Part shown: positions 12,557-24,809 of the stretch, piece after piece | Position numbering within the stretch: position 1 is the first letter of the stretch | Layout of the letters: each line of letters starts with the position of its first letter | NCBI RefSeq assembly: GCF_006345805.1 | Contig: NC_043011.1 | Span: forward strand, 67,344,464 to 67,408,463 | Length of the DNA stretch: 64,000 nt | Origin: Octopus sinensis | Lineage: Eukaryota | Reading direction: 5' to 3' | Position numbers and translations under genes: made by a program | The notes under the pieces: generated by a model | What the model was told of the DNA's origin: nothing | What the model saw: only the letters and a program-made list of their open reading frames with translations | Database searches by the model: none

Positions 12557-12760
12557 TGCTCCAAGAAATCTAATGCTCGTAGCTTAGTTTTTCCTTGGGG
12601 CTGGCCAGATCGGAGCGATCTCAAGATTAATCAGCCGAAATTGCGAGGATGATCCGGTTCTTGCCTGAAGATTGAAGCCTTCGAATGTCCCGTCCGTGTT
12701 TTTTGTATCGTCTTCTAAATGTTTTACGTTCTTGTCCCAGTTTGTATTTTTCTACATATT
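12557..12760 (+). mobile_element. PLE-type terminal repeat fragment
   Basis: Homologous to the reverse complements of 684-807 and about 55790-55880 (AGCTTAGTTTTTCCTTGGGGCTGGCCAGAT); starts after (TA)n. Confidence 0.55.
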
Positions 12761-12822
12761 ACTTCACGGAACTGTAAGGGAGGGTTCGATTTAATTTGAA
12801 GCCGTTGCTAGGTTCGATTTAA

Positions 12823-13695
12823 TTTGAAGCCGTTGCTAGGAACTTTCCCAGAAATTCTAGATATCATTCAATTATCAATTCACACAAGGTCAGAATCGCT
12901 TTCTCCAACACTAGGAATCTTTCACAAATTATATCTTCCCATAATACCAAGCTGCTAAACAAAGATTCTTCACCCGGAGGTTCCAACACTAATCTTACCA
13001 ATTCCAACCCATCATACAGTCATACTAATAGGAATAGTATTAATAGTAATAGCAATGGTAGTAGCGATAGTTTTAACAATGATAATATTAATAATAGTAT
13101 TAGTCGTGTTAATAACATTGGTAGTGTTGATGGTAACAACAATAACGATATTATTGTCGGTGGTATTGCTGGTTGTAGTACAATTAATAATACTAATAAT
13201 AATAGAAATAGTGTAGTTGTTAGCGCTAATAATAATAAAAACAACAATCATAACAATAAAAACTTCGTCTCGATCTCGGAGGATAACCCAAACAGATTAA
13301 AATTTTTGTCCAGTAATTCGAAAATTAAGAATTCCATTTACCAGTGTAGAATTTCTTCCGGTACCGATGTCTTCTTCTATATAGGAGCGTCCACTTCTCA
13401 GTTATCCAAGAGAATTTCTAACCACTATTCGACATTCAGGGATAGGAAAAAACGACATAGTACAGGGCTAAGTAAATTAGTTTGGCGTCTTAAAGACAAC
13501 AATATAATTTTCAAGTTCGATTGGTTCATATTGTCTGTATCCTTTCCTTTTGATAAGGGCAGGAGATTTTGTAACATTTGTAACTCTGAACTCTTCCATA
13601 TTCTTTTCGCTAAGGTTTCCCTAGTAAACACACTCATAGAAAAATCGTACAAATGTAAACATTGGCAGAAACACACTTTCTACTCATATAAATGA
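12823..13695 (+). CDS. PLE GIY-YIG endonuclease with Asn-rich linker; frame open from 12823 with no ATG (truncated remnant)
   Basis: Hand translation extends ORF 13306 upstream: NFPRNSRYHSIINSHKVRIAFSNTRNLSQIISSHNTKLLN, an N-rich tract, then IYQC..YIG..KRISNH..LSKLVWRLK..CNICNSE..LVN..CKH. This is the Neptune-like PLE EN pattern with a C-terminal CxxC...CxH. Confidence 0.85.
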   Translation, partial: FEAVARNFPRNSRYHSIINSHKVRIAFSNTRNLSQIISSHNTKLLNKDSSPGGSNTNLTNSNPSYSHTNRNSINSNSNGSSDSFNNDNINNSISRVNNIGSVDGNNNNDIIVGGIAGCSTINNTNNNRNSVVVSANNNKNNNHNNKNFVSISEDNPNRLKFLSSNSKIKNSIYQCRISSGTDVFFYIGASTSQLSKRISNHYSTFRDRKKRHSTGLSKLVWRLKDNNIIFKFDWFILSVSFPFDKGRRFCNICNSELFHILFAKVSLVNTLIEKSYKCKHWQKHTFYSYK

Positions 13696-14154
13696 TAACG
13701 ATAGTCACTGTGGTTTTAACAATTAGCTTCACGTCCACCCCTCTGCTATAGAGAAATTCTTTCCTAAGCCTTCGAACATTCTTTCAATCAACGTACACTT
13801 CCCTCTTCACTTGTTCCCTACCTATTACTCCTTTATATCTTCCCTTACTACTACCTATCTTTGACGTCTGTCTCTCTCTCACACACACAATCACACACAC
13901 AGACACAAATGCAGTTATATACACACACACACATACACACACACACAAACACACGCACTCATTAACACAGGCACACACCCACACATTTCCTTACATACAG
14001 CAAACATACTGTCCCCTACCTATTTTTACTTCCTCCTACTATCCATTTTTGACGTCAATTCTTCTAACGGTTTTTTAAAAAGACATTCATTATCGCTTTG
14101 GTTACTATGTAGGCAATCATCGAAATTTTTGTTTGTCTTGTTGTCGAGAGAGGC

Positions 14155-14253
14155 TCCTTTTCTTCTTTCCTGATGAGAAGATTGCATAATGCACCCTTTA
14201 TTTCTTCGGAATAAAAATATGCTGTCTTCGAAACATGTGTCGAGAGTAAAGGA
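14155..14253 (+). ncRNA. Type I hammerhead ribozyme with extended stem II
   Basis: Stem I CTTTC/GAGAG plus TCCTTT/AAAGGA; CTGATGA 14170-14176; stem II GAAGA/TCTTC; GAAAC 14230-14234; loop ATGT; GUC 14239-14241. Confidence 0.85.
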
Positions 14254-14448
14254 ATTTTGTTAACATCTTCGTTCGACTCCATTCTTTCATTTATTCATAT
14301 ACAACACACAAATTTCTACACATGAATCCGGAGTTTCTACCCTTGACAGGTCGCTTCATACGTGTTTTCTGACGTGAATTTGCTACCCAGGTTTCGGTTA
14401 AACGAATTTTCCATGCTGACGATAAACATAGGATAATGCATTCACCTA

Positions 14449-14491
<43 letters not shown>

Positions 14492-14495
<4 letters not shown>

Positions 14496-14794
14496 AATAT
14501 TAGGGAATAAATCCAAACTTACAGGGAAAAATCAGATTTAGGATTGAATCCAATTTTATAGTAAAATATTATATTATATTAAATTAGAGACAAAACCACT
14601 ATTAGGTATATCAAACAATGAAAACCTTAAGCCAATACATATGATTAATTTAATATATAACAAAGGTATTTAAAAAATATAATTAATATCACACTACGAT
14701 CGTTTCATGCCTGCTAACATCTTCAAATTTTTGAGTCGCAGTCATTCATCAGGTGGTTTAAATATTTTTCTTGGCGAGGTTTAAACAATGAACT

Positions 14795-14799
<5 letters not shown>
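14492..14799 (-). mobile_element. PLE terminal repeat fragment between two (TA)n tracts
   Basis: Contains a minus-strand HHR; flanked by (TA)n on both sides. Confidence 0.7.
14685..14766 (-). ncRNA. Type I hammerhead ribozyme
   Basis: Minus strand: CAC-CTGATGA-ATGACTGC...GCAGGCAT-GAAAC-GATC-GTA-GTG; palindromic ACGATCGT stem III; distal stem I AATAT/ATATT. Confidence 0.8.
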
Positions 14800-14881
<82 letters not shown>

Positions 14882-14902
14882 TATATACATATATACACAC
14901 AC

Positions 14903-15105
14903 AATGAAAAACGAAGAACAAACGCAAAAAATATAAACGCGAGGACTTGGTACATGTAAAGTATAAGCCAACGCTCAGGGAAAGAAAGAAAAGTGGTTTT
15001 ACGTTCCGAGCAAAGCTCATCCTTAGAAAGAAGAGACAGAGGTAAGTCCAACAGAAAAGGAAGACAGAGGGAAAAAATCACCGACGATTCACATTTGGAT
15101 ACATT
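14903..15105 (-). mobile_element. PLE terminal repeat fragment (family of 27270-27468), HHR core decayed
   Basis: Reverse complement aligns to about 27285-27460 (GATTTTTTCCCTCTGTCTTCC..GCTC-GAAAC..CCTGAGCGT..GTCCTCGCGTT). Confidence 0.65.
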
Positions 15106-15237
15106 GTATATATATATGCTTGGTAGTTATCCTATAGGTTTCTTTTGGTGAACCGTTAGGTTATGGGGACATAGGCAAACCACCACCGCTTGACCAGCAG
15201 TAGTATGGAACGAATATACATATATACATATTCTGTG

Positions 15238-15273
<36 letters not shown>

Positions 15274-16389
15274 GTGAGCTTGTTTCAGGTTCTACAAACC
15301 TAATCCAATCAGGATCTTTGGTTGAGCAGAGGCTTCGGCAGAAGGCACCTGACCACGTTCAAGTACAGGGAGCCCAAAGCTATTCGGTCGTGAATCTCAT
15401 CTGTTACAAGACACCTACGATTGTACCTATATGTGTGAGTGTGTTGTGTGCCTGTGTATGTGTGCAACATGTGTGTGTGTATGAGTGTGTTCGTACGTGT
15501 GTTTTGTATATATGTATGTACGTATGTATTCATGTATGTATGAGTGTGTGCGTGTGTGAGTGTGTATGTGTGTATGTAAGTATGTATATGTAGTATTGTG
15601 TTGATATCTCTAAATTACGTATGCCAGATCATTATTGACTGGAAACGCAAAGCATTGTATATCGTTAAGTCTGCGTATGCTATATTGACACCTGCCGTTC
15701 CAGTGTGCTTTAACATGTTTCTATTTGAAGACACAATTTAATCCTAATTCTTCAATTAAATATTTATGTGAATTCCTTCCTCGTTTCCACTTTGAATGCA
15801 ACTTTCCCATCATCTAAACTAATTTCGCAACCGTTTCATACCGGGGGGAAAAAATCAATTATCTTTCTTTCTCTCTCCGAATTAAAGAAACAAAGTTGGG
15901 CAATAATTCCTTTCTAAACCTATTTCTCTATCACAAAGATTTTATATCTACTCATGGCAGTAAATATTCTAAGATTGGAAACATAAGAAAGATTATTAAA
16001 TTCGTTTATTTCTATTCAGGTAATAATAGAGGGCCGTAGAACAGAACACAGGATCGAAAAGTCTCTAAAAGTATTAAATTTCATCTGCTGTAAGTTCTGA
16101 ATTCAAGTCATTTTCAATTTCACAAAACCAGTACAAATTTTTAATGTACCGCACCCGATTCAATCTAGCATGTGATGGACCAATAGAACGATGGCCAAAA
16201 TATCTGTAGTATTTAATTACAGCCACTTGCGATCTGATTTCAATTCTTGTGACTTCTGACTGTCATCATTTCAGAATCGATAAAATAACGCAATCAGTTA
16301 TGTTGAAATCACTTCAGTTTCAATTCCTCCTCTAGTTTCGAGCACATTGAATGGAAAGATGGCGTCACTAGTATCGCTTTTCTCTGGAT

Positions 16390-16800
16390 CCGGTCATATG
16401 ATGTGCTCACTTTCATGCTGGTTATGGCTGATCTGCGTCATCTAGTTTTTATCCTTCTTTACTGTCTTTTTCCTTCTAGTAGAGTCTATTTTGAAAGCTG
16501 CTTTAGCATAGCGTTGTTCTGGTAGCCGGAGTATCTGACTGGCTGGTTTTAATTTTCGTTGATTGACGATTTCGCTAAACGGTCTTACGTTGGCACTCTT
16601 AAGAATGTTTTAATTGTTTATGTGGTCGTGTCAGTATGTTCTCCGAAGCTTTCTCAAGCATCTTTGATGGAATACATCTTACTTTCAATCGTTTTTGAAG
16701 GTTTTCCATACCTCACTGGCATAGACAACCGTTGGCAAAGCCATACTATTAGTTATTGTTTGGATGAATTATTGTAGAAAGCTACTCTTGCACCAAGTTA
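16390..16800 (-). pseudogene. Degenerate RTE-clade LINE C-terminal fragment
   Basis: Minus-strand frames give ALPTVVYASEVWK and FHQRCLRKL..HDHINN..ILKSAN, typical of RTE, with stops and frameshifts. Confidence 0.6.
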
Positions 16801-19189
16801 GCTTTGAATCATCAGAGCTATGTTCTAAATAATACATTCAGTGTCCAGTCAAGTTAGGAAAAGCGGGCGTAAATTAGGTGGGAGAGAGGTAATTACCATA
16901 AGACCTGAAGCTTACTTCCAGTATAGGAGAGGATTCTGCTTAAGGCACTCAAAAATGCCACTCAGACGATGAATTAATTCTAGCACCCACGAAATGGAGG
17001 TCTTTTCTGCTTGATGCACATCTTTAGATTTTATTGACATTCTCAATATCGATGAAATCTTTGATGCCAATTATGACAGTCCAGACCACTATTAATTAAA
17101 AGAAATCAATAATATAAACGTTTGGAACATTTAAAACTTGGATCATTTATTATTATTTTTTTAATTTTAACCAATGAGATTCATCAATTTCCGACTTCCC
17201 TTCTAAATATTATTTCTATGTTCTCATAGAAACTAGATGACACCATCATGTCGTTAAAGTTAGATTAGGTTTAATTATAGGTCTAACCATAAGCTTTTGT
17301 ATTAGATTGAGGATAAAGCTTATGGTTAGGACTTAGGATTAAGTGTAGATTCATGGTTTACGATTAATGTCACGGATTAGATTTATGCATTGCAAAATTC
17401 TGTTCCAGGGGTAAATTTTGCTTCATTTTACTTCATTAAATAATTTTTATTTTTAAAGTGTTAATAACGTTTTTATATTGTTTTCTTAAAATCAGCAAAT
17501 GGTGTGTCTCAAAAATTCGCCCTCTATAACGTTGCCACGGTGTGTCGAGAAAGTACAGATCTGGCTCAGATCACAAAAAAATTGCCATCATTAATGCTTT
17601 GTCACTTTTTGTGTATTAATTTCTCAAAAAAAGCAGCGAGCTAGCAGAATTGCTAGGGTTTTGGAAACAAGCCTAGTGGTATCTCTTTCGACGTATTGCA
17701 TTGTGAGTCCAACTTCTGCCGAGATAAGCATTGCCAACATTGATAAAATAAAGCAGTAGAGTACATTGCGTCGATGGTATCTACTAGCCAACTCCCCTAA
17801 CAACTGTTTCTTTTTTTTTGTCTAATTTAGAAACTTGTTTCAGTCATTTGACTGGTCATGCTGGAGCACCGCCCTTAGTCGAAGAAACGGACCGCAGGAC
17901 ATTTTCTTTGTAAGCCTAGTACTTATTCTATCGGTGTCTTATTATTTATTTCTTTAAAAAAGTGTAAACTGTTTTCGTAACTGGCACGAAAAACTACATC
18001 TGTGAGAAATTTTCATGAAAGTTCGAAAGAGTTTTTCGAACCGAAAATCTCTAGGATCTATCCTCGTGATTTTCACAGTTACCGGCCATCAAACTTCACG
18101 CAGTTCACAAAGCAATTCTATTGTAGGAATCACTTTTTTTCTCTTTCTCTAATATCTCATGAAACCGCGCAGAAATCACGTAACAGGAATGCGAACTTCT
18201 CAACTACGGAGCCATGCCTGCAACACAAAATATATAGAAGTTCCTTTATTCAACGACTATATAACAAGAAAACATTTGTTATAAGAGTTAATAAAAATTT
18301 AAATCTCTAGTGTTATTAAAGTCACTCAAACAAACAATTATTTTCGTTACTTATTCTTAACAGCAACTTCTGTTAGGATTTATGAGTTTTTTGTTTGTTT
18401 TTTTTTTAAATCTTGTTTTCAATTAAAGACGAATCATACATAAATCCAGCTCACATAACACATTACAGACAGATCTATGTTTTATTTTTAATAGTGAATC
18501 GTTATTCCTTGGTGAATGTATTTTCTTTGTTGGTAACGACACCATTTTTTATATTCTCACAGCATATTTCAAATTGTTTAGAGTTAGCAGACTTTTTTTA
18601 CTGACTTAGATAATCAGTGCATTTCTTAAGGTGAGGAAAAACAACTGAGGTGACAAGTAGCGCTGTCTTTCTCGCCGAATTTCTTCTTCGCCAAAATCTA
18701 GTGACTATCATCGAAGAACGAACAAATACAAGTACTTCTACGTGGTGCTGTAGCCTGTTAGAAATAGCACCAAAACCTCAGCAACGATTTCAAAAATGAA
18801 TTTAGAACTACATTAATAAACGCAATTTTTTTTTCAGAAAATGGAAAAAAAATTAAATTAAAAAGACAGATGCGACTACCCGCTACTGTTGCAGCGTTAC
18901 TTACTTCATCAGTGTTTCGTTAAATTGGGGCAGATAATTATATTCCAGTTGTGAATATGTACTAAATACGGGTACCATTCTCTCTTATTTGTTTCAGTCA
19001 TTTGACTGCAGCCATGCTGGAGCACCGCATACAATATCTGAATGATTTCTAATCACGTGACAAGACCGGCAGCTCTACAGTAAAATCCTTTGAGAATCTT
19101 CCTGTGAACTTGCATTAAAACAATGTAACCTCAGAAACATCGGAAAATCCTCGAAAATGCGTGGAAACAATTACACCTAGAATTACGTC

Positions 19190-19597
19190 ATTTATTCTTT
19201 TCTGCTCTAGGCACAAGTCCCGAAAGTTTAGGGGGAGGTGGCTAGTCAATTACATCGACCCCAGTATGCAACTGGTACTTAATTCATCGACCCCGAGAGG
19301 ATAAAAAGCAAAGCCGACATTAGCACAATTTGAACTCAGAAGTAAAGACAGGCAAAATACTTATTTCGTTACTACCCACAAGGGGCTAAACACAGAGGAC
19401 AAATAATGACAGACAAACGGATTAAGTCGATTATATCGACCCCAGTGCCTAGCTGGTACTTATTTAATAGACCCCGAAAGGATGAAAGGCAAAGTCGACC
19501 TCAGTGGAATTTGAACTCAGAACGTAGCAGCAGACGAAATACCGCTAAGACATTTCGCCCGGCGTGCTAACGATTCTGCCAGCTCGCCGCCTTCGAA
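19190..19597 (-). mobile_element. SINE family C, composite
   Basis: Reverse complement of GGCGGCGAGCTGGCAGAATCGTTAGCACGCCGGGCGAAATG..TTCTGAGTTCAAATTCC; aligns to 42277-42660. Confidence 0.85.
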
Positions 19598-20999
19598 TCA
19601 CAGCAATATTGGCAACTCTCTACTATTTCACCAGAACGCAGCAGAGATGGTGCCCTTGATACGTCACACATCTTGCTGTTACGCCTTCTGAGCCATTGAC
19701 CATATTAGTTTCATCTGCATCGTCTGCCATTTAAGTCTTGGTACTCTTAAAAAATGGCGTTCCCTGTACAGTAATTCTTCTCAGATTGCTACTTAGTTTT
19801 GAGAATCAGCCAACGCGAAGGATTGCTGTGTGGCCATCATTGTACACTACCTATTCTTGGACCCGAGTGTAGTTGGAGACCAGTGCCCCTGTCCACGCCT
19901 GGGGATTTGCGGATGATAGATTTACACCAAACACTTTCGACTCTAAGTCGACACTCCTCTAGTGACCATCACTCGTTTTCCTTTTACCAGACAATTTACG
20001 TTTGGGATTAACTCTTTTACTACCAGCCCGCCTCAGACCGTCTCCAGTTCAGTGATACAAATCCCCTGTTTTAAAGAGAACTAAATTGAAGCCTTCCATC
20101 GAAATTTCAAGTTTATATTGCAAACACTATCTTAGTAATTGTAAGGTTATTTTACAAAGAAAAAATCATTATTTTCGAAGTCAATTGAAACAAAAGAAAT
20201 GTAATGTATTTTAAGGGAAATATGGTAACGAAAGGATCGAATTACAAATATGCCCTTCAGTTTTGTTTTGTTTTTTGCTAGTGTGTTTTTGTTTTGTCTT
20301 TTACTTCACAATTATAAGATGGGATTTTAGGTGCACTTGATTATTTCGAGAAGTTCACGTGGCCACGAAGCGGTGTCCTCATTACTGGTCTCCACAGTGC
20401 TTGGTTCTATCAGTTGGCTTTCTAGCAATGCTCTCCATCACACAACCTAACCTGGTTGTGTGCTGCAATAATCATCGTACGATTATTCGTCATAAAACAG
20501 GTTGTGGAAGATTGCATGTTACCTGTAGCACTTGAGAGCGGCCTAACAGTCTCTGAACGATAACAGACGAACACATTTAAGAATTAGTTATGAAGCGTGT
20601 CTGCACCAATTAAATGCGTGTGTGTGTGTGTGTGCGTGCGTGCGTGTGTGTGTGTGTGTGCGTGTGTGTGTGCGTGTGTATATTCACATAGAACTTCCTT
20701 TATATCACACCCCTCAATTAAATTGTACTCAGGGAGTTTGCATCACCAAATTACACAGACTGTGTAGCGATTATAGTCGTGTAAACAGGATCAGTTTGGT
20801 GGTATATCTGGCATATTGTCTTCTTGCCTAATCTGAAGCAGCAATGCCAACAGATTATCATATATAGACGCACAGAGGTACACAGACAATATATGTCTCA
20901 ATTAATCCAGAGATAAAGAGTCCAAAAATGTATACACAGTTGTTAATTTTTATTTCTATTTAGATCTAATATATTAAAAATAAGGAAGGGTTAGACTAA

Positions 21000-21900
21000 G
21001 ATCCGAACGAAATTCCTTCTAAATTTCTACTGCAAGTATGAAGACACAGTCCGAGTGCAAAGACAGTTTACGCCTAAGTTTCGAATTGATCGATAAACAT
21101 GACTTACTTCGATCGAATTTGAGGTGAGTTTGAAGTAAAGTTAACTGCTTCATAAACTTACACAAAAAACCTTCCGAAAGACCGTACATATTGGCGAACC
21201 TCACAAGGAAAGAACATTTTATAGAAACTCATTACCGGAGTCCAAGAAAGTCTATGCGACAAGCGAGTCATGAAATACGAATTTCAAAATCATAGGTCAA
21301 TCGCATTTTGAAGCTCTGTGATTGGAGAGGTTTACTGAATGGTCCTTGTAGTCAATGTAAATAATGGTCCCGAAGATTAGTGACTGGTGGGTTTTACTCA
21401 TCAGAAAGTGTTGTAGATACACGCTTTCCAACTAACACTGTTTGAAATGAAGACGCTACGTTTAAATTATATGGGTTAATTATCCCCCAGAATTACACCA
21501 TCTTAGAATCTGAAAATCCGCATATTATGGAGAAATGTCATGATATCTTGCCAGAAGTTACATTATATAATGTGGTATATAACCAAACGGATTTATTGGA
21601 CCATTTTTGTCACTGACCACTTTTAACTGAAATTATTGTGACAATTTATAATATCAGGCATTCCATAGGACTTTCAAGACGTATAGTTTTATTTCCAACA
21701 CGATAGAGCATCCCCACTCAAGCATAGAAATGAGAGGGCCTAACATGTTGAGGTTTTGCCCAAACGGTGGATTGGGGTAGGAGGTTATGCACTGTAGACT
21801 CTTCGTTCACTGAAGCTCACAGTATTACATATTTTATAGAGATACTTAAAACATGACGCTGACGATACAAAACCGGTAGCGGTCGACAAACTCAGGGTCT
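21000..21900 (+). pseudogene. Degenerate Tc1/mariner-superfamily transposase
   Basis: Fragments CGI*PNGFIGPFL, FYFQHDRASP, LPKRWIGVGG and RSLKLTVLHIL*RYLK match WCG..IIGPFF, FQQDGAPPH, FPGRWIGRGG and RSPDLTPLDFFLWGYLK. Confidence 0.7.
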
Positions 21901-21904
21901 CCTT

Positions 21905-22262
21905 TAAACCAGAATATGCAAAAGTACTGAACGGAATGGTTTTGATGTTTCTGTTAATATTGCTTCGCATTAACATCAGAGGCTTGGCTAGTAAAGTCAT
22001 CGGTTTCAAAACAGAAGTTCAGAAAAGAAGTTCTATTCAAGTTCCTGAAACTCACATCTACAACTTTATCGGTATATTTACACTCTCTAAGATATTACTA
22101 ATTGATTTGAGAACTTTACATTATTGGAAAACCTATATGAAATTAGCTGAAGATTACTTGACATATTATATTTGCTGTAATATTTGCAGCTTTAATAAAT
22201 TGTTATAGTATGAAACAATTGTACTAAATTACCGGATCCATTCTTGTTGCTTATTTTTGGTT
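21905..22262 (+). mobile_element. PLE terminal repeat fragment with HHR, same family as the 3' end of 38146-40483
   Basis: 22143-22227 TTAG-CTGAAGA-TTACT..AGTAT-GAAAC-AATT-GTA-CTAA shares the TATTTGCTG..TTGCAGCTTTAATAA stem II insert with 40257-40315; ends at (TA)n. Confidence 0.75.
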
Positions 22263-22967
22263 ATATATATATATATATATACATATATATAGAACCATCC
22301 GATCACAGATGTATTTATACTGTAAGTCCATGCATTGACACGATATTTTATCACGTTTCTCTTCATCATTGCAACGAATGCAACTTGTACTTCGAAACGG
22401 AATAATTATTCAAACCACTTTAGCAATTTCCTAAAAGAGCCGGTTGCATAGATAGCGTGTAAAAAGCGAACACTATTGATTTCATTTAATTACTAGACAC
22501 ATGTCTCGTATTCGAGCCGAGCTGCAGTAAATTCATTTCAAGAGCAACATAAAAACTAAATAAACCTGTTTAATTCTTTTTTGAATGTGGGGAGACATTT
22601 CTGAAATTGGCTTAACGAAACCAGTGACTGTAAAATAAAACATGACGACTGCAGTAATTGAAATATGTTAATTAACTGTACAAAGAGAAGCCCCAGCACG
22701 AAAGGTATACATACATACGTAAATGTGTGTGTGTGCGTCTGTGTGTCTATGCGTATGAGAGAGAGAATATGCATAAATGTTCGTATGTATATGTATATAT
22801 ATATATAATATATATATATTATATATATATATATATATAATATATATATATATATTATATATATAATATATATATATATATAATATATAATATATATATA
22901 TATAATATATATAATATATATATATATATATTATATATATTATATAATATATATATATATATATATA

Positions 22968-23303
22968 GGTATGCATGGCTCAGTGGTTAGAGCGTCGAGC
23001 TTACGATCGTGAGGTTGTGAGTTCGAATCCCGGACCGGGCTGCGTGTTGTGTTCTTGAGCAAAGCACTTTATTTCACGTTGCTCCGGTTCACTCAGCTGT
23101 AGAAATGAGTTGCGACGTCACTGGTGCCAAGCTGTATCGACCTTTGTCTTTCCCTTGGATAACACTGGTGGCGTGGAGAGGGGAGGCCGGTATGCATGGG
23201 CGACTGCTGGTCTTCCATAAAAACAACCTTGCCCAGACTTGTGCCTCAGAGGGTAACTCTCTAGGTGCAAACCCATGGTCACACATGACCGAAGGGGGTC
23301 TTT

Positions 23304-23304
<1 letters not shown>
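22968..23304 (+). mobile_element. Near-full-length tRNA-derived SINE family B
   Basis: A box TGGCTCAGTGG 22976-22986, B box GTTCGAATCC 23021-23030, ACG at the anticodon-equivalent position (tRNA-Arg-like); embedded in (TA)n. Confidence 0.9.
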
Positions 23305-23338
<34 letters not shown>

Positions 23339-23369
23339 ATGTGTGTGTGTGCGTGTGTGTGTGTGTGTG

Positions 23370-23467
<98 letters not shown>

Positions 23468-23871
23468 ATATATTCTGTTACTTGTTTCAGCCGTTGCACT
23501 GAGGCCATGCTGGGCAGCGATTAAAAGGGTTTTAGTCGAACAATTTGACCACGGGATATAGTTTTTAAGTCTTCTTTTCTGATACTTATTCTATCGACCC
23601 GTTTTGCTGAACCACTATGTTACGGCTGTCACGCGGTGGGTGGGGAGGACAAACGCTGATACAAAGACACACATAGATATATATATATATACACACACAC
23701 ACACACGGACACAAACACACACATATTTATGTGTATATACATATATATATAATTTCATATCATATATACATATATGTATATATAGTGATAGAAAAGAAAA
23801 GAGAGAAGCGAATATCTAGATAGCGTAAGATATAGGTAGACATACATATAGGCAGGTAGCTAGCTAGCTAA

Positions 23872-23872
<1 letters not shown>

Positions 23873-23909
<37 letters not shown>

Positions 23910-23914
23910 TGATT

Positions 23915-23996
<82 letters not shown>

Positions 23997-24003
23997 AAGA
24001 TAG
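23873..24003 (+). repeat. (GATA)n array; similar arrays at about 31565-31675, 35929-35995, 49730-49830, 60140-60360
   Basis: Directly visible. Confidence 0.95.
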
Positions 24004-24680
24004 ACGGACAGTCAGACATTTTCTTTCTAATGACATAGTTAACTACTATCGTTTCAAAACTAATAATAGTATTTACTACACAAGACAAACAGGGACCATT
24101 GATTAAACGGACGTGCACACACACACACACACACGCTCTCTCTCACACACACACACACACACTTACACAAATACACCATCAAATGTACACAAATTTTAAA
24201 TCGCCAGCGAAATGTATGTTAATACGAAATCATTTCAAGTGGAAACAACATACGACGCTTTGGAGCGCAGATAATTACTTCTTTACCGGAACTCGATAAA
24301 TGCAGCAAAAATAATAACAACTTGTAAATTACAAACAGGTGAGATAAGAATTTGGTATTTTTCAGGAACATGTTAAAGGTTGGGGTTTTTTGTTAAATTG
24401 GTTAAATAAATTGAATTGATCCAAATCAACTGAAATTTTAATATTTTCGTTTTCAAACAGCAGTTTTTGTCATTGTATTATTGTTTGCTTTTTGTTCTCT
24501 TTTCTAATTTCTAGAATCAGACACGGTACTTTCTTACAGTTTCTTCTATAAAACGAGGACTTAGATTAACGCATCTGTACATATATATATATATATGAAT
24601 AGCGATTGCGAAACCGGTCGATACATTAAAAATTATATTATAACCATGTAAGTGTGCGTATTTTCCGTTTTTTATTTTCT

Positions 24681-24727
<47 letters not shown>

Positions 24728-24809
24728 ATATGTATATAAAAGAAGTTTTTGCGTAATGAGATAAAAAAAACCAAGGTTGTGTAGATATTAGAATATATAT
24801 AGATAGAAG

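Larger units (their letters stand above)
12770..14452 (+). mobile_element. 5'-truncated Penelope-like retroelement (linker + GIY-YIG endonuclease + 3' region with HHR)
   Basis: Endonuclease ORF, then a 3' region with an HHR at 14155-14253, ending at (TA)n at about 14452. Confidence 0.85.

Noticed and set aside
12650-12700. CTGAAGA..TTCGAATGTC as a hammerhead (also 750-790 minus); GGCTGG/CCAGCC-GAAA at 12598-12640 and 55790-55830
   Set aside because: No viable stem II loop or GAAA in the first; no CUGANGA core in the second.
13012-13251. Minus-strand hydrophobic ORFs (13012-13251, 13020-13247, also 38218-38493) that look like membrane peptides
   Set aside because: They are antisense shadows of the Asn-rich AAT codon tracts on the + strand.
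16020-16089. 70-nt exon-like segment (acceptor TTTCTATTCAG, donor GTAAGT; VIIEGRRTEHRIEKSLKVLNFIC)
   Set aside because: Splice signals are plausible but the peptide is unrecognised and cannot be linked into a gene model.
17283-17329. 15-bp perfect inverted repeat with 17-nt loop
   Set aside because: Isolated, in a degenerate TTAGG-like AT-rich tract; no pre-miRNA or other assignment supportable.
22968-23040. tRNA gene
   Set aside because: A and B boxes are present but the acceptor and anticodon stems do not pair and it continues into a SINE body; it is a tRNA-derived SINE head.
24596-24625. GAAAC-CG-GTC-GATAC half-hammerhead
   Set aside because: The 5' half is replaced by (TA)n (truncated), so it is not a complete ribozyme.
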